This document shows positions 1-11,479 of a stretch of 64,000 nucleotides of DNA, one piece after another. The first letter of the stretch is position 1. Every line of letters starts with the position of its first letter. Under the pieces are notes generated by a model that had not been told where the DNA came from, made no database searches, and worked only from the letters and a program-made list of their open reading frames with translations. The translations under genes were made by a program, and so were the position numbers. The stretch covers positions 29,576,001-29,640,000 of the forward strand of contig CM059432.1 in NCBI GenBank assembly GCA_030390025.1, given 5' to 3'. The DNA is from Squalus acanthias (taxonomy: Eukaryota).

Positions 1-1400
1 GTGTAACACACTGCCAGCTCTCTATTATCCTCAGTGTAACACACTGCCAGCTCTCTATTATCCAGTGTAACACACTGCCAGCTCTCTATTATCCTCAGTA
101 TAACACACAGCCAGCTCTCTATTATCCAGTGTAACACACTGCCAGCTCTCTATTATCCTCAGTGTAACACACTGCCAGCTCTCTATTATCCAGTTTAACA
201 CACTGCCAGCTCTCTATTATCCTCAGTGTAACACACTGCCAGCTCTCTATTATCCTCAGTGTAACACACTGCCAGCTCTCTATTATCCAGTGTAACACAC
301 TGCCAGCTCTCTAATATACAGTGTAACACACTGCCAGCACTCTATTATCCAGTGTAGCACACTGCCAGCTCTCTATTATCCTCAGTGTAACACAATGCCA
401 GCTCTCTATTATCCTCAGTGTAACACACTGCCAGCTCTCTATTATCCAGTGTAACACACTGCCAGCTCTCTATTATCCTCAGTGTAACACACTGCCAGCT
501 CTCTATTATCCTCAGTGTAACACACTGCCAGCTCTCTATTTCCTCACTGTAACACACTGCCAGCTCTCTATTATCCTCAGTGTAACGCACTGCCAGCTCT
601 CTATTATCCAGTGTAACACACGGCCAGCTCTCTATTATTCTCAGTGTAACTCACTGCCAGCTCTCTATTATCCTCAGTATAACACACTTCCAGCTCTCTA
701 TTATCCTCAGTGTAACACACTGCCAGCTCTCTATTATCCTCAGTGTGACACACTGCCAGCTCTCTATTATCCTCAGTGTAACACACTGCCAGCTCTCTAT
801 TATCCTCAGTGTAACACACTGCCAGCTCTCTATTATCCTCAGTGTGACACACTGCCAGCTCTCTATTATCCTCAGTGTAACACACTGCCAGCTCTCTATT
901 ATCCAGTGTAACACACTGCCAACTCTCAATTTTCCTCAGTGTAACACACTGCCAGGTCTCTGTTATCCTCAGTGTAACACACTGCCATCTCTCTGTTATC
1001 CTCAGTGTAACACACTGCCAGCTCTCTATTATCCTCAGTGTAACACACTGCCAGCCCTCTATTATCCTCAGTGTAACACACAGCCAGCTCTCTATTATCC
1101 TCAGTGTTACACACTGCCAGCTCTCTATATTATCCTCAGTGTAACACACTGCCAGCCCTCTATTATCCTCAGTGTAACACACAGCCAGCGCTCTATTATC
1201 CTCAGTGTAACACACTGCCAGCTCTCTATTATCCAGTGTAACATAGTGCCAGCTCTCTATTATCCTGTGTAACTCCCTGCCAGCCCTTTGTTAACCTCTG
1301 TGTAACACTGCCAGCCCTTTATTATTCTCTGTTCCTCACAGCCAACCCTCTATTATGCTCTTTGTATAACGCTGCCCGCCCTCTATTATCATTTATGTAA
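1..1400. repeat. Minisatellite, 33-bp unit GTGTAACACACTGCCAGCTCTCTATTATCCTCA with interspersed 31-bp variants; degenerates after ~1240
   Basis: Tandem units directly visible; array runs off the window start. The repetitive ORFs (YTEDNRELAVC, IIESWQCVTLR) are readings of the unit. Confidence 0.97.
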
Positions 1401-2417
1401 CTCGTTCTTTCCCAGTATCTCAGTAGTGCTCATCGCACTCATTCTCCCACTTCTCATATATGCTATGGTTTTAATGCCAGGATCACCCCTGAGTGTTATT
1501 GTGCTCACACCTTCCAGCTTTTGCCAGTCAGAAAATTCGACTATGGCATCTGGTGACATCAGTGGTCGGATCACTACTGAACAGCAACACTATGTGAATG
1601 TAACACTGTTTGTACTGGACAGCGTCAAATCTTTTTTATTTCCACGTTTTGCATTTGTTGCCTGGAGGGTGACCTATTGGGGAAAATAAATGATTTTAAA
1701 TAGACTTTTATTCGAGTGCTGTAATGGAGAAGTAATTATACTTCTCCTGGAGAAACTCAGCCTTATCTGCTCACGCTAAGCCTCCCTCCCAAAGTACTGC
1801 GGTTTTCTTTTTTCTTTTGGTTCGTCAGAATCAGGCCACTTTTCTAATCCGTGGCTGCTAGTATCTGAACCAAGCTTGATAGGATTGAAGCGCGACCAAA
1901 TCTTTCTGCTTAAATCATCGAATGGCATTTTTATCAGGTTGCCCTCAGTGGCTGAATAGAGGAATAACCCTCTCAGGCCTAAAACACTCCTTGTGCACCA
2001 TGTGCGGCAAGGCCCACTGTTTAGGTGTTTCATTCGTTATTAACTTTGTCCATTTTGCATTTCCAGACCAATAAGAAAGGTTTAGCATTTTTAAAGGCTT
2101 GTTAAGTAATTTCTTAAACTGGGCCACAGGCTTGTTCTGCGATAAAGTCACAAACAGCCTGTAGTGGCTGAATTTTTTTTTAATTGATTGAATTTTATTT
2201 ATATTGTTGTCTTATTTTTAGACTTTGTGTTCCGCTCATTTGGAGCTGTCACTCGTTGTGTTGTTGACGGAGAAATTGTTGAATTTTGTATTCTTCCTCT
2301 CACAATTTTTGTTCGCCCCTCTTCTCGACACTGAATGAATACAATTCCATAGCTGTTCAAACCTGTTACCTCACCCTAGTAGTAATTCTTTGTGTGTAAG
2401 ATTAGACAACGATTGTT

Positions 2418-3075
2418 GGCAAATGGAATGTTGGCCTTTATTTCAAGGGGGTTGGAGTATAAAAGCAGGGAAGTCCTGCTACAACTGTACAGGGTATTGG
2501 TGAGACCACACCTTGAGTACTGCGTACAGTTTTGGTCTCCTTATTTAAGGAAGGATATACTTGCATTGGAGGCAGTTCAGAGACGATTCACCAGGTTAAT
2601 TCCAGAGGTGAGGGGGTTGACTTATGAGGAAAGGTTGAGCAGGCTGGGCCTATACTCATTGGAATTTAGAAGAATGAGAGGTGATCTTATTGAAACATAT
2701 AAGATACTGAGGGGGCTTGACAAGGTAGATGCAGAGAGGATGTTTCCCCTTGTGGGGAAATCTAGAATTCAGGGGCACAGTTTCAGAATAAAGGGTCGCC
2801 CTTTTAGAACTGAGATGAGGAATTTCTTCTCTCAGAGGGTTGTAAATCTGTGGAATTCTCTGCCCCAGAGAGCTGTGGAGGCTGGGTCATTAAATACATT
2901 TTAGGTGGAGATGGACAAATTTTTGCAAGATAAGGGAGTGAAGGGTTATGTGGAGCGGGCTGGGAAGTGGCTTTGAGCCCAAGATCAGCCATGATCTTAT
3001 TGAATGGCGGAGCAGGCTCAAGGGGCCAAGTGGCCTATTCCTGCTCCTATTTCTTATGTTCTTATGTTCTTATGT
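2418..3075 (+). mobile_element. CR1-clade LINE, 5'-truncated 3' end
   Basis: ORF 2392-2904 has CR1 ORF2 C-terminal motifs (LYRVLVRPHLEYCVQFWSP, RRMRGDLIETYKIL, FFSQRVVNLWNSLP); ends in a (TTCTTATG)n tail. Confidence 0.93.
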
Positions 3076-3601
3076 CATCTGACCACAGTCATCACACAGC
3101 TGAGGCTACGCCTGTCCTCAACTAATGTCCACCTGAGCACACTTTCTTAGAATGAAAGAAACTTACAGCACAGAAGGAGGCCATATGGCCCGTTGTGCCT
3201 GTGTTAGCTCTTTGAAAGAGCAGTTGTTTTTAGTCGCACACCGCCACTTTTTGCCCATAACCTTGTAAGTTCCTCATCTTCAAATAGCTGTCCAACTCCC
3301 TTTAAAAATTATTTATGGAATCAGCTTCCACTACCTTTTTAGGTAGAGCATTCCAGATCCCAAGAATTCTCTGAGTGAAAGCATTTCTCCGCATCTCCCC
3401 TCTAGATCTTTTGCCAATGATTTTCAATCTATGACCTCTGGTTAGTGACACACTCGCCAGAGGGAATAATTTTTCTCTATCAAAACCTCTCATCATCTTG
3501 AAAACGTTTATTAGGTCACCTCTTAGCCTTCTCTGGTCCTAACTTTTCCAACCTCTCCTCATAACTGAAGTCCCTCATCTCTGGTAACATCCTGGTAAAC
3601 C

Positions 3602-4683
3602 TTTTTTTTTATTCGTTGATGGGATGTGGGCGTCGCTGGCAAGGCCAGCATTTATTACCCATCCCTAATTGCCGTTGAGAAGGTGGTGGTGAGCCGCCGT
3701 CTTGAACCGCTGCAGTCCGTGTGGTGAAGGTACTCCCACAGTGCTGTTAGGGAGGGAGTTCCAGGATTTTGACCCAGCGACGATGAAGGAACGGCGATAT
3801 ATTTCCAAGTCAGGATGGTGTGTGACTTGAAGGGGAACTTGGAGGTGGTGGTGTTCCCATGCGCCTGCTGTCCTTGTCCTTCTAGGTGGTATAAGTCGCA
3901 GGTTTGGGAGGTGCTGTCAACAAAGCCTTGGCAAGTTACTGCAGTGCATCTTGTAGATGATATACACTGCAGACACAGTGCACTGATGGTGGAGGGAGGG
4001 AATGTTTAAGGTGGTAGTGGATAGGGTGCCAATCAAGCAGGCTGCTTTGTCCTGGATGGTGTCGAGCTTCTTGAGTTTTGTTGGAGCTGCACTCACACTC
4101 CATCAGAGTATTCCATCACACTCCTGACTTGTGCCTTGTAGATGGTGGAAAGGCTTTGGGGAGTCAGCAGGTGAGACGCTCGCTGCAGAATACCCAGCCT
4201 CTGACCTGCTCTTGTAGCCGCAATATTTATGTGGCTGGTCCAGTTAAGTTTCTTGTCAATGTTAACCTCCAGGATGTTGATGGTGAGGGATTCAGCAATG
4301 GTAATGCTGTTGAATGTCAACGGGAGGTGGTTAGACTCTCTCTTATTGGAGATAGTCATTTCCTGGCACTTGTGTGGCGTAAATGTTACTTGCCACTTAT
4401 CAGCCCAAGCCTGACTGTCGTCCAGGTCTTGCTGCATGCGGGCATGGACTGCTTCATTATCTAAGGAGTTGCGAATGGAACTGAACACTGTGCAATCATC
4501 AGCGAACATCCCCACTTCTGACTTTATGATGGAGGGAAGGTCATTGATGAAGCAGCAAAGATGCTTGGACCTAGGACACTGCTCTGAGGAACTTCTGTAG
4601 CAACCTCCTGGGACTGAGATGATTGGTCTCTAACAACCACAACCAGCTTCCTTTGTGCTAGGTATGACTCCAGCCAGTGGAGT
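3602..4683 (-). mobile_element. CR1/L2-group LINE 3' portion with RT C-terminus and A-rich tail, inserted into the older CR1
   Basis: ORF 4093-4515 has MFADD (RT catalytic motif), WADKWQVTF and YKAQVRSVMEY; T-run at 3603-3610 is the tail on the - strand. Confidence 0.85.
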
Positions 4684-4875
4684 CACTGTACCCTTTTTAA
4701 GGCCTTTATATCTTTCCTGAAGTTTGGTTCCCAGAATTGTCCACAATACAGCAGCGGAGGCCTAACCAGTGATTTATAACGTTCTAGCATGATCTCTTTG
4801 CTTTTATATTAAATGCCTCTATAAACCCAAGTAACCCATATGCTTTTTTAACCACCTTATCAACGTGCCCTGTCA

Positions 4876-5161
4876 CATAGAAACATAGAAGATAGGAGCA
4901 GGAGTAGGCCATTCGGCCCCTCGAGCCTCCTCCGCCATTCAATGAGATAATGGCTGATCATCCAAATTCAGTACCCTGTCCCTGCTTTCTCCCCATATCC
5001 CTTGATCCCTTTAGCCTTAAGAAATATATCTAACTCCTTCTTGAATATATTTAATGAATTGGCCTCAACTGCCTTCTGTGGTAGAGAATTCCACAGGTTC
5101 ATCACTCTCTGGGTGAAGAAATTCCTCCTCATCTCAGTCCTAAATGGCTTACCCCTTATCC
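4876..5161 (-). mobile_element. CR1 3' end
   Basis: Starts with tail repeat CATAGAAACATAGAAG plus the 3'UTR stem region; nearly the same sequence as 47461-47717. Confidence 0.85.
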
Positions 5162-5373
5162 AGGGGGTAGCAGTTTATGATTCAGCAAAGGAGGACAAAG
5201 GGATTAATTAAGAGGGGGAAAATAGAGTATGAGAGTAAGCTTGCAGGGAACATAAAAACTGACTGTAAAAGCTTCTATAGATATGTGAAGAGAAAAAGAT
5301 TGGTGAAGTCAAGCGTAAGTCCCTTGCAGTCAGAATCAGGGGAATTTATAATGGGTAACAAAGAAATGGCAGA
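5162..5373 (+). mobile_element. CR1 ORF2 internal fragment in opposite orientation
   Basis: Translates KIEYESKLAGNIKTDCKSFYRYVKRKR...GNKEMAEE, the CR1 EN-RT linker. Confidence 0.75.
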
Positions 5374-5970
5374 GGAGTGGACTCGGGTGTCGTGGAGGGA
5401 GCGGTCCCTATGGAATGCTGAAAGGGGAGGTGAGGGGAAAATGCATTTGGTGGTGGGATCACGCTGGAGGTGGCGGAAATGGCGGAGGATGATCTGTTGA
5501 ATGTGGAGGCTGGTGGGGTGAAAGATCATAACCTCGGCCCCTATCATATATATATATTTTTATCCACACTTTTTGTTTGTGCCTTTTGTTCTTCTCTCCC
5601 ACATGGCAGCTGTCTTTCATTCTGCCAGCGCAAGTCACACTTCATCTAGAGCCATCCTTTGTTTTTTAACCTGTCCCATTACCATCTCCTTTTGCCTTGA
5701 ATATCTCTTAATGTCTCTTTACTTCTCCTGCCTTCTATCCTATCACAGACCTTCCCTTTTGTTCTTTCATCCCCTCCCCCATTTCCCAGCCCCTAAACTT
5801 GCTTTAAAATCTGTTCCATTTCCTGCTTTTTTCCAGTTCTGACGAAAGGTCATCGACCTGAAACGTTAACTCTGTTTCTCTCTTCACAGATGCTGCCTGA
5901 CCTGTTGAGTGTCTCCAGCATTTTCTGTTTTTATTTCAGATTTCCAGCATCTGCAGTATTTTCTTTTCAT
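5374..5970. mobile_element. Penelope-like element pieces: internal coding fragment (-, 5374-5521) joined to a 3' terminal region (+, 5522-5970)
   Basis: ILRHFRHLQRDPTTKCIFPSPPLSAFHRDRSL on the - strand; the + part is homologous to the reverse complement of 38003-38435, which follows a GIY-YIG remnant. Confidence 0.75.
5835..5871 (+). ncRNA. Minimal hammerhead ribozyme motif in Penelope-like terminal repeat
   Basis: AGTT-CTGACGA-A-AGGTC-ATC-GACCT-GAAAC-GTT-AACT: core boxes, 5-bp stem II, stem I AGTT/AACT, palindromic AACGTT in place of stem III. Confidence 0.7.
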
Positions 5971-6252
5971 TTTCTTTTTGACCCAAAACTGACCCTTGGA
6001 TCACTGCAAACCACCTCCCAGTCTGTAAAACATCCATCCACCACCACCCTCTGCTCCCTGTCACTGAGCCAATTCCATATCCATACCATCATTTTCCCCT
6101 TAATTCCATGGGCATCCAATTCTTAACAAGCCACCTATGTGGCATTTTGTCGAATGCTTTCCGAAAGTCCATACATACAACATGTACTGTACTACCTTGA
6201 TCAACCTTTTGTTACCTCATCAAGGAATTCAATCAGGTTAGTCAGACACAAT

Positions 6253-6931
6253 GGGGGCGAAATTCGCCTCCTTTGCGCCCACCGTTAGTGCCTCCGGGGG
6301 GCGCTGATGGAGCGCAAAGGGCTTATCGCCCGGGCGGGGTCACTAATAGCGCCTGCCGAGAAATTCGGCGGGGTGCTACCGGCAGGGGTGCAGTGCTATT
6401 GGCTAGCGCCTCAGTAGCGCCCCGCCGAATTTCTCGGCAGGCGCTATTAGTCAACGACAGCCATGCGGGTCACAAACCGGGCCACACACCGCTGGCTGGG
6501 CAGTAATGAAAGGGGCGGTCCAGCTGTGCGCCGCACCGCCATTTTATTATTTTGGCCGACCTCTAGGTCGGCCCGTCTTGGCATCCCTTGGCGTGGTCAG
6601 TGGCCGCCATCACGCCGTCCAGCACTGTGTCTCAGTACCAGGCTGCGACTACGGCACCACGCCACCCTGGTGGGCTAGTGGAGGTCATCAAATGGCCTGT
6701 AGAGTGCGCAGCGGCCCTCCCCTATAACGGAAGGGGCGGGGCACTGCTACCGCGTTTTTGCCCCAGACACCACCCCGAGAGGAAGTGGAGCGCCCGAGAT
6801 AGCGCTCCGCTTCCTCACCAGAGCAGTAAGCCCAATTTAGCGGCCGGGGTGCTACTCCTGCGCCGGGCGCTAAATGTCTGCCGCTAATTCAGTTACCGCT
6901 CCCAAACGGGGCGTAACCGAATTTCGCCACC
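6253..6931. mobile_element. Non-autonomous PIF/Harbinger-type element (679-bp MITE)
   Basis: TIRs GGGGGCGAAATTCG / CGAATTTCGCCACC (13/14 match); 3-bp TSD AAT at 6250-6252 and 6932-6934; cleanly interrupts CR1 sequence. Confidence 0.88.
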
Positions 6932-7915
6932 AATATGCCTTTAACAAATCCTTTCTGGCTCTCCTTAATTAACCTATGCCTTTCCAAATCAAAGTTTACT
7001 TTTTCCCTGATAACGGTTTCCAATAACTTCCCTACCACCGATGTTAGGCTGACTGGCCTATAGTTTCCTGGTTTATCCCTCTCCCCTTACTTGAATACTG
7101 GTATAACATTAGCAACCCTCCAGTCCTGCAGCACTACTCCTGTATCCAGTGAGGATTGAAAGATTGTGACCAATGCCTCTGCTATTTCTTCCTTTGCTTC
7201 TTTGAGCAACCTAGAATGCTTTCCATCTGGACCAGGTGACTTACCAACTTTCAGTAATGCTAATCTTTTTAGTACCTCTTCTCTATCTATTACTATCCTG
7301 TCTTTTAGTGTAATATTTACATCACCCACTTCCTTTGAAGCCAGATACAAAGTACTCAAAAGTACTCATTTAATACTTTAGCCATGACCTCTACCTCGAC
7401 GTGAAGATTTCCCTTTGGGTCCTTTATAGGCCCAACTTCTTCCCTGGCTAACCTCTTACACTTTATTCATTTAGAAAATGTGTTAGGGTTAAATTAAATG
7501 TTGCCTGCTAATCCTTTCTCGCAAACTCTCCTTGCCTCCCGTAATAATATTAAGAGACTTTAATTACCCTAATATAGATGGGAAAAACATAGTGCTAAGG
7601 GTAGGAAAGGAGAGGAGTTTCTGATATATCAATTCCCTCCTGTACTTTCCATAATCTTCCTGGTTAGTAACTGAATCTTGCTCCTGACATTTGTCATAAG
7701 CCTCTTTTGTCTGTTTTTCTTTAACTTCTATTTCCTTCGTCAGCCAGGGTGCATTAGCTTTGGATGCTCTACCTTTTCCCTTGAAAGAAATATGCCTGGT
7801 TTGTACCTGAACTATCTCTTCCCTGAATGCCTTTTCCTGCCTCTGTACTTGCTTAAAAACTGTAACATCTCTAACTTTTTCCGGTTCTGATGAAAAGTCA
7901 TCGACCTGAAACATT

Positions 7916-8220
7916 GGGCTGAATTTTCCATGGTGATAGCGGGCGAGGTTGGTGGCAGGTCGGATGGGAAAGTTGTTATTTTTAACAGCGGATCGGGAAC
8001 CCGCTGTCAACTCACTCCCACGTGCCTTTCCCACAGGCGCATCTGTCAGCCTGAAACTGACCCGACCTGCAGCGGCCGGGCACCCAGTTGAAATCATTGT
8101 GAGGTACTTTATAAGCACTTAAGAGTCTTTTTCCCTCCTACTTCTTAAATTTCCCTGATTGGCCATGGGATTCACATAGTTCAGGAACCACCTGAGGCGT
8201 GAGTTCTGTGGCCATTGCTC
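7916..8220. mobile_element. Harbinger-like MITE fragment (one end)
   Basis: Begins GGGCTGAATTTTCC, GC-rich interior, truncates a Penelope hammerhead motif at 7882-7913; other end not located. Confidence 0.45.
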
Positions 8221-8596
8221 CAGTTGATTACTTGACAGCATGGAAAACAAACCAAAATAAAAATATGTTGATTACATCAGCTAACACATTGAAGAAGATT
8301 CCGTACTACATGAAAAGCTACTGGTAAATGTTAATTTTTCACTGGCCATTCTCAGCTGTTGCCTTCCAACTGAACAGTAATTGTAGTGAATTGATCTGCA
8401 TTATAAAAAATGACATATACCATTTAAATAAAATTTTGTGTTGCTTCTGGTCAGGTTTTTCTCACAGTATACTGTGATTGTCCAGTTACACATTAAATCA
8501 GGTCATCAACCGTAACAATTCCATTCTCATCACTCATTCCTCTGGTTCAATTTGCTTTCAGTCACTGAATATGACTAATTTAATTTTTCAGTCTGA

Positions 8597-9488
8597 GGGG
8601 GAAAAATTCGGTTGGTTTGCGCCTCCCGTTAGCGCCTTAAGAGGGCGCGAATGGGGCGCAAAGCAACTAGCGCCCGTGCGCGGCGATGTTTGCGCCGCTC
8701 ACAAAATTGACCAGACATTTTGCAGCAGCGCTAAACACTACCGTCTCGATCTCCTGCGCCCACAGATTGTGACGTCAGTCGAGCGTGCAATGTCCCGGTA
8801 GCGCCCCGGACCAGATATTGAGTGGTGCCCCCTGCCTTACCGCCTGCCGCTAGCAACGACAGGTTCAGGGGAGCGTTTTGCAGTCAGGAAGGGACGGGAG
8901 AGCGCTATTTAAAGGCGACCGCTTCCTGCCTTTTTTTGTCGGCGACATTTTTGCACCATGCATTCTGAGTGAGAGAGAGAGAGACTTCTGGAGAGATTCA
9001 ACGCTGTGTGAAGGAGTTTTGGGTACTGAGCAGCACTTTGCAGGTTCATTTTGATTTGATCTTCCTTGCATCTATTTAGAAGAGACTATGGGGGCTGCAC
9101 TCTGAGCTCTTTCCCTGGGCCTCTCCATTGTTCTTTCCAGCAGATTTGATGTACAGGTCTCTCCAGGCCGAGATTCAAGGCTGCAATGAGCAAGGTATGG
9201 ATGGAGAGCAAGATCGACCCTCCCCTTCAAGACCTGGCCGGCGCCCGTGTGTCTGTGTTCCATTGCTGACTGACATCACATGAGCTTCGCCAGCACGCTG
9301 AGGTAGTGCCTCGCTCCTCGGCGTTAGCGCCTTAAGAGAGGTGTGTAGCGCCTGATTTAGCGCTCCAATCATCTCCAGGGGCGATAGAAGCTAAGTTTGC
9401 AGTCGGAGGCGATAATTAGCGCCAGGCACTAAACTTTGCGCCTGGCCGATAATTGCGCCCCAAACGGGGCGATACCGAATTTTTCCCC
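8597..9488 (+). mobile_element. Harbinger-type non-autonomous element, copy 1 (~890 bp)
   Basis: TIRs GGGGAAAAATTCGGT / ACCGAATTTTTCCCC; colinear with 9665-10557; no clean TSD. Confidence 0.85.
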
Positions 9489-9664
9489 TATTGTAAGCAC
9501 CACTTACACTGCTTGTCAAGGATTCCACAGCTATTCCGCTGAACGTGCATAAGATTATAAATCCACCCCTTTACAATTACATTTAAAATCTGCTTAATTT
9601 TATGTCTTACCTATACACACACATATTTTATCTGTATCAGTTACTGATACAAAAGTCTATTTTA

Positions 9665-10557
9665 GGGGGGAAAATTCAGTTGGTTGCGCCTCCCGTTAGC
9701 GCCTTAAGAGAGCACTAATGGGGCGCAAAGCAACTAGCGCCCGGGTGCGGCGATGTTTGCACCGCTCACAAAATTAACTAGACATTTTGCGGCGGTGCTA
9801 AACACTACTGCCACGATCTCCTGCGCCGGCAGATCATGATGTCAGTCGAGTGCGCAACGCCCCGGTAGCGCCCCGGAGCGGATATTGAGTGGCGGCCCCT
9901 GCCTTACCGCCTGCCGCTAGCAATGACAGGTTGAGGGGAGCATTTTGCAGTCAGGAAGGGACTGGGGGAGCGCTATTTAAAGGCAAACGTTTCCTGCCTT
10001 TTTTTGTTGGTGACATTTTTGCACCACGCATTCTGAGAGAGAGAGAGAGAGACTTCTGGAGAGATTCAACGCTGTGTGAAGGAGTTTTAGGTACTGAGCA
10101 GCACTTTGCAGGTTCATTTTGATTTGCCCTTCCTTGCATCTATTTAGAAGAGACTGTGGGGGCTGCACTCTGAGCTCTTTCCCTGGTTCTCTCCACTGTT
10201 CTTTCCAGCAGATTTGATGTACAGGTCTCTCCAGGCCAAGATTCAAGGCTGCAATGAGCAGGATGTGGATGGAGAGCAAGATCAACCCTCCCCTTTAAGA
10301 ACTGGCCGGCGCCATTGTGTCTCTGTTCCATTGCTGAATGACATCGCGTGAGCTTCGCCAGCGCTCTGAGGTAGCGCCTCACTCCTCGGCCTTTGCGCCT
10401 TAAGACAGGTATGAAGCGTCTGATTTAGCGCTCCAATCACCTCCAGGGGCGATAAAAGCCAAGTTTGCAGTCGGAGGCGATAATTAGTGCCAGGCGCTAA
10501 TCTTTGCGCCTGGCCAATAATTGCACCCCAAATGGGGCGATACTGAATTTTTCCCCC
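9665..10557 (+). mobile_element. Harbinger-type non-autonomous element, copy 2 (~890 bp)
   Basis: TIRs GGGGGGAAAATTCAGT / ACTGAATTTTTCCCCC; end-to-end homology with copy 1. Confidence 0.85.
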
Positions 10558-10749
10558 GATAGATTTATGACTAAAGCACCAATAACATCACAATTAATGT
10601 ACTTTTTTAATTATGTTCTTGATTGTATTTGTAGATGGAGTCATATTACTTAATAATAATTTTATTTAAATATTTCTTTGTCACTCATATATAACTTTTA
10701 TTATATTATTGTAGAGTAATGATTCAACACCCACTATGTTAGATTGAAC

Positions 10750-11090
10750 TTAAAATTTAACGTGGCCAGGGTTCCTTTAAGGATCCCGGCTTAAAACGCG
10801 TCATGAGTGACGTCACCAGACCCGTTCCATCTAATTGGGCTGGGTAACGCGCTGGATGGACTTAATAGGCCTCATTAAGGTAAGTTCATTCTGTACAGCG
10901 GGATGGAGCCAGCAGCGGGGTCGGGACCTGCCACGGACACCGGCTGCACTGGACCCGCCAAGGTAAGGAAAATTCCAGCCTGTAACTCTGTTTCTCTCTC
11001 CACAGATGCTGCCTGACCTGCTGAGTATTTCCAGCATTTTCTCTTTTTATTTCAGATTTCTAGCAACTGCAGTATTTTGTTTTTGTGTTG
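10750..11090. mobile_element. MITE end (…GGAAAATTCCAGCC at ~10980) abutting a Penelope-like 3' tail (10981-11090, +)
   Basis: TIR-like end resembles the reverse complement of 7916; the tail matches 5868-5965. Confidence 0.5.
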
Positions 11091-11479
11091 TCCAGGTCTT
11101 CCTGGTTTGTATGACTCAGTTCTACACTGGGTAATTTATTTACAAACTGAGTCATTGAGCTACATTTGTTAAGATGCAAGAAATTCAAATCATAGGTATA
11201 AATCTCTGATTTCATCAGATAGAGAACCATGCTCACAAGAAGTTCGATTTGGGCTACAGTGTTGTAACTACCTCCCTTCAAGTACGGTTTCGCTGCTGGG
11301 CACTTGAAATTGCACAATTAGCCTATAAATTTGTATCTTCTTAGATGTTTCTGCTCTACTCTAGATGCCAACAGCTTAACTCCTTCATTGGCTTCACAGG
11401 GGATGCATCAAATGGGGATGGGAAGGGAGCGTTCATTGGTCAGATTCACCCCATTCCTTTCATTTGTGACTCCAGAGTG

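Larger units (their letters stand above)
3150..7830 (-). mobile_element. Old CR1 LINE fragmented by nested insertions (pieces ~3150-3601, 4684-4875, 5978-6252, 6935-7830)
   Basis: ORFs 3302-3496 (FTQRILGIWNALP) and 7087-7359 (KSPGPDG...DWRVANVIPVFK) are CR1 ORF2; the sequence resumes colinearly across each insert. Confidence 0.8.

Noticed and set aside
1..1272. CRISPR-like array or repeat-protein ORFs
   Set aside because: Units are head-to-tail with no unique spacers and there are no cas genes; ORFs arise because 33 is a multiple of 3 and break at 31-bp units.
1726..1747. 9-bp perfect hairpin GGAGAAGTA/TACTTCTCC
   Set aside because: Short enough to occur by chance in 64 kb; no other support.
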